In this document: positions 25,900 to 39,412 of the stretch, piece after piece
Numbering within the stretch: the stretch's first letter is position 1
Layout: each line of letters begins with the position of its first letter
From: Camelus dromedarius
Lineage: Eukaryota
NCBI RefSeq assembly: GCF_036321535.1
Contig: NC_087436.1
Coordinates: 48,920,001-48,984,000 of the forward strand
Length of the DNA: 64,000 bases
Reading direction: 5' to 3'
Translations under genes and position numbers: made by a program
The notes under the pieces: generated by a model
Seen by the model: only the letters and a program-made list of their open reading frames with translations
Database searches by the model: none
What the model was told of the DNA's origin: nothing

Positions 25900-28030
25900 G
25901 TAACTTCTTAGTAAAGTGCTGGGGCAACTGATAGCCAACTGGAAAAAGATAAAGTTGCATCCATATTTCACATGATGAACCAGGATAAAATCTATATGGA
26001 TCAAAGGTTTAAATAAAAAATATGAAACAACAAATATACTAGAGGAAACATAGGTGAATTCATTTGGAGCCTCATAGTATGGAAGTCCTTTCTAAATATG
26101 ACTTAAAATCTAGAAATCATAAAATGAAAGATTAATAAATTTGACTATATTTTTAAAAAATGAACTTCTGCATGACAAACACACACACACACACACACTA
26201 CAAAGTCCAAAGACAAGTAGTAAACTGGGAAGAATATTCTCAATTTACAGTTCAGACAAAAGGCTCGCCTGCCTAGTATAAGTGTTGCTTCTAGAAACAG
26301 AAAAAAATAGCCACTAACTAGAAGAAGGGGCAAAAGACATGAACAGCTGGTTCACAGGAAGAGAAATAGAAATAGCTCTCAAACACAGGAAGATTCTCAA
26401 CCTAACTAATAATTAAAGAAATACGAATTAAAATTACACTTGAACCTGGATTAGCAAAAATCTAGGGAAACCAAAACTCTCATGTTGGAAGTGGGAATCT
26501 AAAACAGTACAACCCTAAAGGAGAAAATCAGGCATTATAAACAAAATTACATACGTATTTACCCTTTGACCTAGAGATCCCACTTCGAGAAATCTGTTTT
26601 AAGTATACATCTGCCCACATCTAAAATGACTCTGGCATTATTGTAATAGAAGATTGGAAATAGCCCAAATATCCATCAATAAGGACAGGTTAATATACAA
26701 AAGAATGCATATTGTATGATTCCATTTATATGAAAAACAAACCAGGCAAAACCGTCTATGGTAATGTCAGTCAGAAGAGTGGTTCCCTTTGGGGAACTAT
26801 AACCTGGGGGTAATCATGAGTGGTTTATATCTAGATCTGGGTGGTGGGTTACTCCGATGTGTATACATGCAAATATTCACTAAGATATACACTTCAGACT
26901 GATACATTTTACTGTATATAATCTCTTAAGTTAGACCTCTATTTTAAAAGTTATAAAAATAGGGGATTAGTCAGAGAAATGCAAATCAAACCACAATGAG
27001 ATATCACTTCATACCCACTAGGATAGCTATAAAAAAAGACAGATGTAAGGAAATCAGAACCCTCAATCATTACTGTTGAGAATGTAGAACAGTGCAGCCA
27101 TTTTGGAAAACAGACTGGCAGGTCTTCAAAAGGTTAAACAGAGTTAGCATGTGATACAGCAGTTCCACTCCTAGGTATCTACCCAACAGAAATGAAAACA
27201 TAAATCCACTAGTAACGTGAATGTTCATAGCAGCATTAGTCATAATTACCAAAAAGTGCAAATAACTGAAATGTCCATCAACTGATGAATGGATAAATAA
27301 AATGTGTCATATCTATACAATGGAATATTATTTGGCAATAAAAAGAATTGAGTACTGAAACACAATACATGGGTGGAACTTGAAAACATTATGCTAAGAA
27401 AGAAACCAGTCACAAAGAACCACATATTGTATAATTCGATTTATACCAAATGTCCAGAATAGGAATATCTGCAGAGACAGAACTAGATTGGTGATTCCTG
27501 GGGCTGGGGTGGTTAGGGGAAAATGTGGAGTCATTGCTAATGGTATAGAGTTTCTTTTGGGGGTGTTGACAATGTTCTAATATTGGTTGTGAATATGGTT
27601 GCACAACTTTCGTGAACATACAAAAACCATTCAATTGTATATTTTAAATGGGCAAACTATATGGTATGTGAATTATATCTCAATCAAGTTGTTACACAAA
27701 AAAAATAGCGGGCTGGTTATAGACTGTTGTACAAGGATGCAGCAAACTAGTGTAAAGCTTTAAAAGAAATGACGCGCTCTGTTTACTGACATGGATGTTA
27801 AAAAAGCAAGTTGCAGAATGGTGCTATAGTGTACTAGTTTTGTGTAAGAAATAAAAATATACATTTCACTTACTTTTAATGGCACAAAGAAACCCTAAAA
27901 ATAAAAATAAATTAGTATCAATGAGGGTGGGAGCAGGAGATGGTTTGGAGACAGAAGGTATGAGACTGCTTATGCATTTGTATGTAGTTTTGCCTTTTGA
28001 ACCAAGTAAATGTAGCACCTGTTTATTCAA
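25900..28030 (+). mobile_element. Cluster of nested old LINE-1 fragments, with a better-preserved L1MB-like 3' piece at about 26967-27695
   Basis: GAAATGCAAATCAAACCACAATGAGATATCACTTCATACCCACTAGGATAGCT; AAATGTCCATCAACTGATGAATGGATAAATAAAATGTG; GTGAATTATATCTCAAT. Confidence 0.8.
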
Positions 28031-28278
28031 CTTAATTTAATTCAAAGGATAAGTTAAAAGTTAATTAAATATACAATGACAAAGTAGGGACAATTAATTT
28101 TCCTCCAAATGTTGCCCATTAAATATCTAACCAGCTGGACAATAACATACACTAATACACTTGAAATGAAGAGCCAAGAAACCAAGCTGTATTTTTTAAA
28201 GTTGATTATTCGGTTGTAACTATCTTTCTTCCTCTTCAGAAAATAATTATAAAATCATATCCTAATGGAAAGCTAAAT

Positions 28279-28296
28279 TATATATATATACATATA

Positions 28297-28343
<47 letters not shown>

Positions 28344-28344
28344 G
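28279..28344. repeat. Compound (TA)n(TG)n(TA)n microsatellite
   Basis: Read directly from the sequence. Confidence 0.95.
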
Positions 28345-28887
28345 TTTTGTTTTTCTTTTTTTACTTACACACACACACACATCAGACTTCTCTTCCTTAG
28401 CAGAAAACAAAAGCAAAACAAAGACTGGTTTGTTGGATATTCTACTTCTGTTATTACACTGAGATGGCCTTATTTTTTGATGGACATCTTAGTCATGGTT
28501 AACTCAAAAACTGTTGGGAAGAGAATACAAAATATAAATTGATAAGCTTCAACATAGTATCAGATAGATGCAGCTACGTTGGTTCCACCAATGAGTGGGG
28601 CAAAGCTGAAAGATTTTTGATGTTTGCAAAAGAATTTCCAAAAAGGCCTACAAGTGTGTAAGTCACAGCAAACTGGCACTAGGATACTTTCTTCTAGTTC
28701 CTGTGGAAAAGCAGGATAAGGACCAATGCACTATGTGGCTTCAGTTAAAATAAGAACCACACCCCCCCACACACACACACACACACTATGACTGTGCTCA
28801 GGCACGCTGTGTGCAGGCTGTTTTGCACTGTGTGGTTTCTAACAGATCCTGAAGGCCAAGGTAGCCAGGTGCTGGTGCTGCACTTAC

Positions 28888-29199
28888 CTGCACCACCGTG
28901 CAGTAAACCTGCTGCGCCACAAGCATCAGGTCCCTGAGGAGGGTGATGAAACTGCATAGGCAGTTCCACAGAATCTTCAGCGCGGCCCGGTTGAACACCT
29001 GGAGCTCTTCCACCAGCTGGGCATTGAGGGCTTCATATTCCCTTTTGGCCAAGTCTGACTCATCTCCTGCCGCCCGCTGCAGGTAGCTGTTGTAGTCCAG
29101 TAGTTTGTCATAGCGTTTCTGGATTAGCTTCTGAGGCCCTGGAAACAGGGACAGCAGGGCTGACAGGGGCATCAGGACAAGCTTCTGTAAGTGAGCTGC
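28888..29199 (-). CDS. ARHGEF38: ARHGEF38 exon 10 (BAR domain)
   Basis: ctcctttggcAG acceptor (29200-29201) and CAG|GTAAGT donor; 312 bp, phase 0-0. Encodes AAHLQKLVLMPLSALLSLFPGPQKLIQKRYDKLLDY...YEALNAQLVEEL, BAR motifs shared with the DNMBP/ARHGEF37 family. Confidence 0.96.
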
Positions 29200-29356
29200 C
29201 TGCCAAAGGAGAAAAACAATCCCATCACGGAAAGAGGAATGCCTAATACCACGTCCAGAGCTGTTATCGAGAGGCTGACTCCCTGCCTGCAGGAGCACAG
29301 AGGAAGACAGGAAAGCATCTAGCCAAGTTATAAGAGGAGCATGGGATTATTTTTTT

Positions 29357-29472
29357 AGAGTTTAAAAAAATTATTTGTTTTATTTTATTTATTTAATGGA
29401 AGTACTGGAGATTGAACCCAGGACCTCGTGCATACAAAGCATGTGCTCTAACACTGAGCTATTTCCCTCTCC
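29357..29472 (-). mobile_element. tRNA-derived SINE
   Basis: Same family head on the minus strand; degenerate TSD gggattattttt/gggatcatcttt. Confidence 0.85.
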
Positions 29473-32021
29473 AAGGGATCATCTTTTTGTTCAGCTAAAC
29501 CTGTTCAAGGACTTAAAACAGCAACTCTAGACTCTAATGTTGACCCTGAAGAGTGAATAGGAAGAACACAGAAGTTGAAACTGCACACCTAAAATACGCT
29601 CCACCCACCCTTCTCTCTACAGCTATTGGTTTTGTCACTGGGGCCATTCCCTCAACACTTTGCCCTTCCCCTTCTTCTTAATCCCAGAGATGGGGAAGCT
29701 ACTCCAGCACATGGGGTGGGGGCAGTCTCCACTTCTGACTTCCAAGACTGCACAAATTATTCACGTATCTTTCCCTTCCTTTGCTAGCGATAAAGGGAAG
29801 ATAGTTGGTCTTAGGAGAGACCATATCCTATTCCTCCCACATCTGCCCCAATTCTCTGGCTACCCTGGTGGCTAATACAGGTAGTGGAATTGTACCCCCT
29901 ATACAGAAGTACCCCCTTATTATAGGTATTTTGTTCCTGGTATAGAAATGACCAGAGAGTTACTGCTTCCTCTTTAAGTACCTTGAAGGATTGAGCTGAT
30001 GCCAATTTTGTGTCCTAAATTGTTGTATTTTTAGGTCTGACTCATTGAAAATGAACATCATATTAATGCCCAGCTCCATACCAGCATGTGAGTACCCTGG
30101 ATTTAATTTCTTCTATTTCTCTTTCCTCCTCCCCTGTATTCCAAAGGGCACAAGTAGCCTGTGTTTGCTGACTGCCCAACTTTACCCTTTATCACATATG
30201 CTTGGGTTTCATGATTATGCTACGGAAATTTGGAAGCAGGTTTCTCTTTTATACTCTGGGAGATTTCCTAGAGAATCAGCATCTGAGCAGCAGCTTGTAT
30301 TAATTAACTTAAATGACCTCCGGTAACTGAACTCATGGGAAATCTAGAAGAGGAGGGAAACTGATCTCTTACTGGCTTCAGCAATAGCCAACACAGATTA
30401 AATCTGATGTCTAGCTTATAAAATAATCAATATAGACCTGTAGACTCTTGAATGAGTCCTTCGATGAAGCAAAGAATCTGTTTACTGTTCTGGGATAAAT
30501 TACTGTCTCTGTGACATGACTGAATTCTACAGATAATCTAGTTACAATATTACAGTGTATATGTCCTCTGACCCATAGACATGAACCAGTTCACTCGTAC
30601 ATGGGAATTATGGTTGGAACAAACAAGAATCAGAATTTATTCTAATATTTTGTGCTATACAAAATGTGTAAATAGTTCTCTCTCGTGGAAAAATAAAAAC
30701 AATTGTTCTGCCTTTAGATAGATTTTGAGTTCTTAATATTTGATTTTTAAAAAGAGTTCAATATAACTTTATCCATTAAAAGATACTTTTATATTGAGAT
30801 TTCTGATGATTATTTTAACTTAGCCTAATTTGTCACCTTGTGATTTTATGCAAGGTAGGGAAGAATACCTTCTCTCTTCATTCCTTCCAGTTCTGGAACA
30901 CACTTGATGATGGAGAAGCTATATACCATGCTCTTACATGGTGTTCAATAAATATTTATCAGCTTGGTTACGTCAGAATTAAGCCAGAGAGCACACCCTT
31001 AAGGATTTTTCTAAAATACGTTCTCTGTAATGATGCCCAGAAAGTGTGTAAAGAACTAGCCACACTTTTCCCATTTAACATACATCATAAAAACTCTCCT
31101 CTCTCTCTTTCTCCACACCCCACCTCCCACCATGTAATCTATCATGTTAGTTCGGATGTAATCATGACTTTCCATTCTCCAGTGCCATGAAAGCAAGATG
31201 CTGCTGGGTCATTTTCTGCTGGAGTGGGGGCTGTATCAGTTCCCAGGATTCAGAAATATGAGATAGGGGACATTACTGGTACCAGTACAAAAAATGCCAC
31301 TTTGGGGGACCTTCAAGATGATGAAGGAGTCTATTATCTTCTATATAATACATGAAATACTACTATGAAATACTAACACCTATGGAATACAAGATACTAA
31401 ATTGTAATTAGTATTACTGACTAGTTTACCACCCAGATACTTTCTTGGCTCAAGTATATTTTTATGATCCCCAATCTATGTTTTATGATTCTGTATATTT
31501 CACAGAACTCTTAGAAAACAAATATTTAACCACAGAACAGAAAATACATATAATATATGACCCTTAAATAAAAGCCCTTTCTCAATAGGAAGGCTTTCCC
31601 TTCCAGTGTACAGTGTGTTAATAAAATTCACATCCTCAGAGAATATCTTTGCTCCTCCTGTAAAAACTCTGGGCATTTCCACAGACTCCTTTAAGAAAAT
31701 CACAGCTTTCTAACTTAATAAATCCCCTATATACCATATGCAGACTTAAACTAAATATTGATTTTAAAAGCTGCACAGACATTAACTATCCTAGAAACAC
31801 AGTCTGGAGCCCTCTTAAATTTGGATTATAGTAAAAGCCTCGCTAATCCACTTCAAAATATTTAATGATAAAAAAATCTCCTGTTTAAATCTACTCATTT
31901 CGGCATTAGTATTTGCTTTAGTGCATGTTTTATTTTTCACTCCAAGAAAGTAAATGAAAAGCAGCTTTTCTTTTAACCCTACTATTTCATTTGCATTCAT
32001 CTGTGACTATAAATAACTTAC

Positions 32022-32144
32022 AAAGTTGTCAGAGGGATTTGGGGCCTGACTTGGAGCCTCTGAATCGCCCCTCTGCTCCTCATCTTTGCTGTGTGAAATC
32101 TCGTGCAGCTCGGTTACACTCTGCAGAGCTAAAGGCATGGCATC
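32022..32144 (-). CDS. ARHGEF38: ARHGEF38 exon 9 (BAR region)
   Basis: gggtttcAG acceptor (32145-32146) and TTT|GTAAGT donor; 123 bp, phase 0-0. Encodes DAMPLALQSVTELHEISHSKDEEQRGDSEAPSQAPNPSDNF. Not in the ORF track. Confidence 0.92.
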
Positions 32145-33907
32145 CTGAAACCCAAGAACAAAGTTACAAAAAGGGCAACAATTAAATGTATCTCAAACAT
32201 GCACTTCATCAAAATAACTCTCTATGACCACTGTGGGAAAAGAAAAAAAAACAGAAGGAAAAAATTTCATGAATACTTCATACAATCAGATGACTTGTAA
32301 CAACCTATTTCCTTACTTTTCCCGCTTTTTTTTCCCTTACTTTTCTTACCGCTCTGTAGGTCTCACATTCTCTTTTATTACGTGGAGTCCACCTTAAATT
32401 CCTGCACTTGTCATTCTTCAGCATTCAGTTCTTACAGATCCCTTATTTTAAAAATCAGTCCTCTTTGATTTATGTCTTTGGTTTTCCTTAGTGAATTTAC
32501 TGCTTTCTTTATGAGAAGATGCTCATACTTCTGTTGAATCAATTAGTGGAAATAGAAGACTTTTCTGTAGATATTCCCAAGGAAACATCTACAAGGCAGG
32601 GTTCGCACTGCCCTCTGGATGTTGTAACTATGTTTTGATTTTTCTTTCACAGAAGGCAGCACTTTAGGAAGAGAGTAGCAAAACTGACTGTAAAATCAGG
32701 CTTTGCATCAGTTAATAGATAAGAAAGGAGCGTGGCTTGTTGGTTATGTAACATATAACCTTGTCTCCAAATCACTGTGCCTGTCACCTTAATCCTCCAT
32801 TGATGTGATATTTTATCAAAGCATGCAAACATCTTTTTTCAAAACTGATATCCAAGAGAAAAACTGGAAAATGGAAAGGGATCATTTATTAACTAATTTC
32901 CATGTAATTCTACTAACTTTCTGTGTCTCATAGTCATGATGACTGTCAGGATGTTGTTCAGAATACTATGTTCCTTTCATGAGATCCAGTAGAAGAAACT
33001 CCTGACTGGTCTTTCTACTGAATATAATTATACTGAATTCCAGTTGGTTCGTCTAAGTCAGTGATTCTCAACGAGGGCAGGAAAACCTCCTAGAGGACTG
33101 GAAATCTGTGGGGGTGTTTTTATCTTCTGCCATGGGTGTGTGGGAATATCTGCATATCGTAGTTCATATTACTTTGTCAGAATGTGTTTTCCTTGATATT
33201 GATTTTCTTTTATATACACTTACCTACCTAAGGTTAAATTATCTATGAATTTCATCTAGAACTGTAATGGGAGCATTGCAAAACATTGGCTATAAAATAA
33301 ACAGAAGCACTTGGTTTGTCTTAGAATTCTGTGATCACACATCCCTACCTGGGTTGGCTGCTAAGTGGTCTACAGCTAAATTTGAGATGCACACGTGGGT
33401 TTTTGTGGGGTTTTTGGAGTTTATGTTATGCACTTTGTACTCTTTAACTTCTCTTCTAATTTTATTTTATGCTCCCTTTTGATTTTCTTTTTTCTTTCAG
33501 TCCTAATCTTAAATTTGCAAATTTTGCAAAAACACACATTTTAGGTACTGGAAAGAGATATGTCATTATAATCAAACAAATAAACAAAGAGAGTTTCTGC
33601 CTTGTCTGCCATTTTGCATTAATGAGCTCATCTCTATTAAGAGATGCTCATGGTCCACCCCATGTGGCAATCATGCGAGCAAGTGTCCCACAATATGGCA
33701 ATTTGGATTGGGGGAAGGATGGACAAAGAACAAAACTCAGGTCTTTATACTAGCTTCCTTCACCAGCAGTTTTTTTTGCAGCCTCCCAAATTTGATACAA
33801 CAGATGTCATCATATAAATGAATGAACAGTCACATTTGTTCTTCATAATAACCAGAGACTTTAAGACCTTCTTGTAGAAACATCCAAAACAGTTGTGTCT
33901 CACCTAC

Positions 33908-34012
33908 CTGTACATGTTGGAGACAGAATGAAATGTTCTTCACACAATGCCTCACAGTCTTTTCTAAAGATCTAAATAGCTTTTCTTCTCTATTAAAGGT
34001 ATTGTCTTTCAC
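33908..34012 (-). CDS. ARHGEF38: ARHGEF38 exon 8 (start of BAR region)
   Basis: tattttAG acceptor (34013-34014) and CAG|GTAGGT donor; 105 bp, phase 0-0. Encodes VKDNTFNREEKLFRSLEKTVRHCVKNISFCLQHVQ. Confidence 0.95.
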
Positions 34013-35624
34013 CTAAAATATAGATGAAATTATTTAGTTTTATAACTTAAAGGAATCTGATATTTTTAAAAATTGCAAACTGTGTTCGCCCAGCACAAAA
34101 AAACTCCTTGCTGAGATGAAATGCTATGCTGGGTGGCTTAACACAGTACTTTTCTGTGTCCCAACACACAAGTACAGCTGATGTTCAATTAGCGTAGTGA
34201 AGCCACATGGTGCCACTTAATTTGCTATTCAGTTTTCACATTGCTTCACCTATGTCATGGCAGCTGCGGGATGTAAAAGTTTTCTCTGCAGTTTTTAATA
34301 GCATATATTATGTATGTACTCTTAAATTATACAACATTTGTGGGTCTATAAAATAACAAAATTGAAATAAAAAATGAAAAATTAAATTAAAATGAAAAGT
34401 TGCTCTATTGATTAGAATTTATTGTTTTGCTGATAGCACTCATTCCGATTTGTTCACAGTGCTTATTTAGAAAATATTCTTAGGTTCTTGGCTAAAGAAA
34501 TGTGATAATTCTTTATCAACTCAAATTTGAAAGATGATGTGTAATCTTAACAAAAATAGTTCTTCTGTTAACAAAAACTCTGCAAAGTTAAGATAATGGT
34601 CTTATGTGTTCAGTTATTTTTTATCTTACATATATACCTGTTAGCATTCAAAAAAATATGCTTTTTATATGCTGCGGCAATTTCTAGGAGGACACATTGT
34701 TGCTAATCAATGGTGAGAAGTATTTCTTGGCATTCAAGATGACTACAAAAGAAGATCAGAAACAGCTTCCTGTTGGCAAAATCTGTGTGAACACCTGTTT
34801 TATGGAATATGAAGTGTGTTCTTCCGCTTGGTACTGGGTCATAACCATAGCTGTTCTCAGTTCATACTTTCGTTAATCAGAACTGAATGCATAGAAAATG
34901 GTGACATTTTATTTTAGTATCTTAAACCCCTTAATATTGTTTATCTAGAAAGCTTTTCATTAAACAGGGGACATAGTTCTTTGCAATACACACAAAATTC
35001 AGCACCCTCTGCCTTAGGCTCTCTGTGCCCTGACCCAGTTGGAGGCATATAACAATACACTGAAGTGAATTTTTTAAAATGCAAGGACCCATCATATCTA
35101 TTTTATTCTGTGTGTCTTGGCTAGGACTCAGATGATTCTAAAGTAAGCAGTTCAAGGATCACACTATGAGAAATATTGTTGAGTTCTACTTCTCTGTTGC
35201 CAAGCTTCACCATGCTGCTTTATTTTGCTGGAATATGCTGCTGTCCCTTTTCTGCCTTGCCAAATCCTGTTTTTTGCTTTTTTTTTAAGGACTTGCTCAA
35301 CTGTCACCCCTTCTATGAATCCTCCCTCTAATTTCTATTCTCTCCACTCCAGAAAGTTAATTGCACCCTCCTGTGTGCTCTTACAACACTAGTTAATTAT
35401 TTAAGTGAGTCTCTCCACTGGATTGCAAGGATTGGAGATGAAGTATCTTTTCTTAATAATAATAATTGCTAACATTTATTAAACACTATGTTCCAGACAT
35501 TTGTACTAAAACCTGTCTTCCATTTTCTAATTTTAATTGTTACACAACCCTATATGGGGTAGATGCTACAATTAATCCCATTTTAGAGATTTAAAAAAAA
35601 AAAAAAAAAAACATTTCCAGGAGG

Positions 35625-36078
35625 TGTGGCAGAGATCGTGAACATTCCTGCCACTGACCGTCTACCAATAGAAACTGCACCTCTTAAGATGCAGGTTTAA
35701 GATGGACACACAGCTGCCCCGCAAGAGAGACTACCCTTTCCAGACTCCCTTGCAGCTGTCTCTGCCCTTGTAACTGGATCTGGGCAAACAGGATGTGAGT
35801 GGAAGTGACATGTTTCATTTCTGAATCTTGGCCTTGTAATATTGTCCTAGGGACTTGGAGTGAAGGAATGGCAGTGACCCAGTTTCAACGAGGCAGATAA
35901 AGACAGTGTGTTTAGGGAATGGGACAGCACAAAATTGGGGAGAACTGCGTCCCTGAGAGATCTTGTGCAGCACAGCCCACCTGGACTATTATCAGAGAGA
36001 GAAATAAAAGACCATCTGAGTTAAGCTACTGTGCTTTGGAATCTCCTTATGACAGAAGCTTGGGTTTTACCCTAATAT
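35625..36078 (+). mobile_element. MaLR solo LTR (MLT1I/J/K-like) inserted into a MIR
   Basis: TGTGGCAGA start, TTTCCAGACTCCCTTGCAGCTG...GGATGTGAGTGGAAGTGA, and GAGAGAAATAAA...TTAAGCTACTG end; MIR pieces on both sides. Confidence 0.7.
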
Positions 36079-36697
36079 GAGAAGTTAAAGTAACTTACCC
36101 ACATTCATAGGTAGGACCAGGATTCCAACCTAAGCTGTCTGAATTTAGCACCTCTTTGCATTTGCAATCTCTAGCAGTGTCAGGTACGTAAGAGTTCGAT
36201 ACATGTGTGATGAATGGAATAGAATTTTCCTCTTGGGTAATAGTTTTATACCCTAACTCGACCAACTATTTCACTTGAGCTGCTGAGAAGTGCAAAATTG
36301 ACTGATTTGAGATTTATCTTTTCTGCAGCCAGCCTGTGGAGCTGATTTTCTGATTAACAGTGAAATGCTTCATTGCTGACAGGACATCCTCTCAAAAGAT
36401 TAAAGGGAAAATCTAATTAACATCCCTTCAGGCAACCTTAACTACAATTCATGCTTTTAGTTCACAACTGAGAAATATCAGAAGCTGATGGCAAATATGT
36501 TAAAGACTGAAAAAGCGTCTACAAAAGCCTGCCTAGAATTAGGACCTGCCTATTGTTCCTCAATAAAATCATCTTGGGTCAGAAGCAAGATCCCAAAAGT
36601 AGAGGAGAAATGTCTGCACTGCATTTACACATGCCCACAGAGACTACAGTCTCTTCTCAAATGAATTCCCAATTCAGTTTTATTACAGCTGTCTTTA

Positions 36698-37194
36698 TTT
36701 TTTTTATATTTTTATTGAAGTATAATCAGGTTACGATGTTGTGTCAATTTCTGGTGTACAGCACAATATTTCAGTCATATAAGAATATACATATATTTAT
36801 TTTCATATTCTTTTTCACCATAAGTTACTACAAGATGTTGAATATAGTTCTTTGTGCCATACAGTATAAACTTATTGTTTATCTATTTTGTGTATAGTAG
36901 TTAGTATCTGCAACTCTCAGACTCCCAATTTATCCCTTCTCACCCCCTTTCCCCTCTGGTAACCATAAATTTGTTTCCTATGTCTGTCTGTTTCTGTTTT
37001 GTAAATAAGTTCATTTGTCTTTTTTTTTTTTTAAGATTCTACATATAAGTGGTGTCATATGGTATTTTTCTTTCTCTTTCTGGCTTACTTCACTTAGAAT
37101 GACAATCTCCAGGTCCATCCATGTTGCTGCAAATGGCATTATTTAATTATTTTTTATGTCTGAGCAGTAATCCATTGTATAAATATACCACAGC
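36698..37194 (-). mobile_element. 5'-truncated LINE-1 3' end with TSD
   Basis: T-rich tail, then TTGAAGTATAATCAGGTTAC...TGGCTTACTTCACTTAGAATGACAATCTCCAGGTCCATCCATGTTGCTGCAAATGGC (L1 3'UTR and ORF2 end, antisense); 19-bp TSD at 36679-36697 and 37195-37213. Confidence 0.9.
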
Positions 37195-37299
37195 TTTATT
37201 ATGGCTGTCTTTAGTTGAAATGTCTGGATTTTCCTTTTCCTGATTTATGACCACACATCCTATGTGTCCCAAACTTCCCACATTGTAGTACTACATTGA

Positions 37300-37986
37300 G
37301 AACAGGGACCTAGAGTTACCTCCTCTATACATTGGACCCTGTGAACCCCTAGAAGAATATAAAGAAGTAAGTATGAGAATGACACAAGCCATGTGTTCTA
37401 AGAATGTCCATACTGGGTATGGTAGAGTCAGTCCAGCCGCAAGAGGAAGAGAGAATGAGGTTTGGAAGAAGCTGACTATACTCACAGGTCTTGGAGGGGT
37501 GGGGGATTTGGAGGGTCACTGCATGTCATGCAGGGCCACAGGGGGATCACTAAGTTTGGGTCATTTGGCAGAAAGGAGCAAGGGGAAAGTCAAGGCCAAA
37601 ACCTTTATGTGGAGTTTCTATGGGAAGCTGGGGGGAAAACCCCATAGAAACAGCTGGGGCAGGGTAAAAAGTTGAGGACTAGCTAGTTTGAGTAATTCCA
37701 GCAGGCTTTGGACTATAGAGGTGGTCTCTAGTTGCCTGGTACTTGGCCTTGGGATGACTGAGGGCAGAGGAATATTGGCTTCATGTGTGAGAGTTAGATA
37801 AGGAGGTCATTGGGGCTTTAGACTCAGGATTGGTTGTTTTGCAAATGAAAGAAGTGATCCCAGCTGAGTCCTTGGCGCTCTCTAAGAATGAGTTTGCCCT
37901 GTGAGGGTTGTCTTTCACTGGCCAGCAAGCTTTTTTAGGTGTCAAAACATCAAAAAGTACAGAAAGTAAAAGATACGATTAACACA
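37300..37986 (-). mobile_element. ERVL-class solo LTR (MER54/MER74-like)
   Basis: GGGCAGGGTAA...GGACTAGCTAGTTTGAGTAATTCCAGCAGGCT...CTAGTTGCCTGGTACTTGGCCTTGGG resembles this family as I recall it; boundaries approximate. Confidence 0.65.
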
Positions 37987-38079
37987 TCATGCATAAATTA
38001 GTTTTTATTCACTTGGAAAGTAAGAAGCCTGCACATTAAAAGGTAAATAATAATATTTTATGTTCAATATAAAATGATG

Positions 38080-38310
38080 ATGATGATAGTCAGTATACTG
38101 AGTGCTTACACATTATGTTAAGTACTTTATATGCATCATCTCTTTGAATCCTCAGAACCACTTTATGTGTTAGTTCCTACTATAGTCCTCAATTTACAGA
38201 TGATTGCATTGAATTCATGTGCCCAAAGACAAACATTAAGTGGCAGAAGTGAGGTTCAAAGCCAGCTCTGAATGACTTCAAAGACTTTGCTTTTAATTTC
38301 TGTGCTGACT
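38080..38310 (-). mobile_element. MIR SINE
   Basis: TACTGAGTGCTTAC...TTGAATCCTCA...TTTACAGATGA...AAGTGGCAGAAGTGAGGTTCAAAGCCAG. Confidence 0.65.
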
Positions 38311-39412
38311 CTTACAAATATTAATGGTGCCAAGATGAAGATGCATTTAGTAAGTGTGTTAGCCATTCAGGAGAGGAATAGATGACTCCTAGCTTAGTGG
38401 TCTGAAAGCTGCAAAGACTTACTGAAAAGAAAAAAGCAACCAAAGACTGTGGCAGATCAGAAAAGCCATCTAAAATCAATGCTGAACCAGTTGCCACTTG
38501 TTCAAATGAAAACTTTGTTAGAGATGCCCCATGATAAAGGATGAAATCAGGCAGCTGAGAAGAGGGGGAAAGCACTACCTAGTATCTTAAGAACTGGTCT
38601 GCCTACTTTTGGTTAGCAGCCCAGTGTATTACTCCTTCTGGGCCATGAACTTTCTATCTTGTGATTCTCGAAGTGTGTTCCATTGATCACTTACTTCCAG
38701 GTCAATTAGCTTAAAAACACCCAGAGTCTGTGAAAATACAGAATTCCAGATGGAACTCTGGAATCTTGTAGCAAGCTCCTCAGGTAATTCTTAGGCACAT
38801 GAAAGTCGGAGGGCCTTTGCTGATCCACTCATTATTTATTAGGGGTTGAGATGAAAGTGGTTCAAGCCAGGCTAAGCAGCTGGCACAGAACAGTTACCCA
38901 GTAATATAACGTACATCTGGGGGAGGAAAGGGAGAACAGATAGGAAAAGTCACACTAAGGTATGCGCCTAAACACTATTTTTATAGGTGAAATAAATATA
39001 GGATGAACATCAAGAGAGTTAAAGGAAATGAGTTTAGGTTTTTTTTTTTTAAGGCAGAAGCAAGACAAGGATGAAAGGAAAGCATTGCCTTGGGTGAGAT
39101 ATGCTAGTTGATGGTGAGTGTCAGGACCCCTGGGGCATCCTTTGTTGAGCTCTTTCCTTATGTCTTTGTCTCTCCTTTGTCCTCTTCCTGAACAGAAGCA
39201 CCACAGATAAGAAAGTGTCAAAAACACCCCCACTCCATATCCCCCCAAAGGGGGAGAGAGAGACCAGAGACAGAAGGGAACAGCACTGGGCAATCACCTT
39301 GATTCTCAATGTGTACTAGAAACAGCTCTGATAACAACAAAACAAAACCTCACAAAAATATCAGCATTCATGTTCCCCAGGAGTATGTGTGTGGCCCAAG
39401 AAGAAAAATTAC

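Noticed and set aside
36553..37675. ORFs of 114 and 100 aa
   Set aside because: They derive from an antisense L1 3'UTR and an LTR, with low-complexity or random translations.
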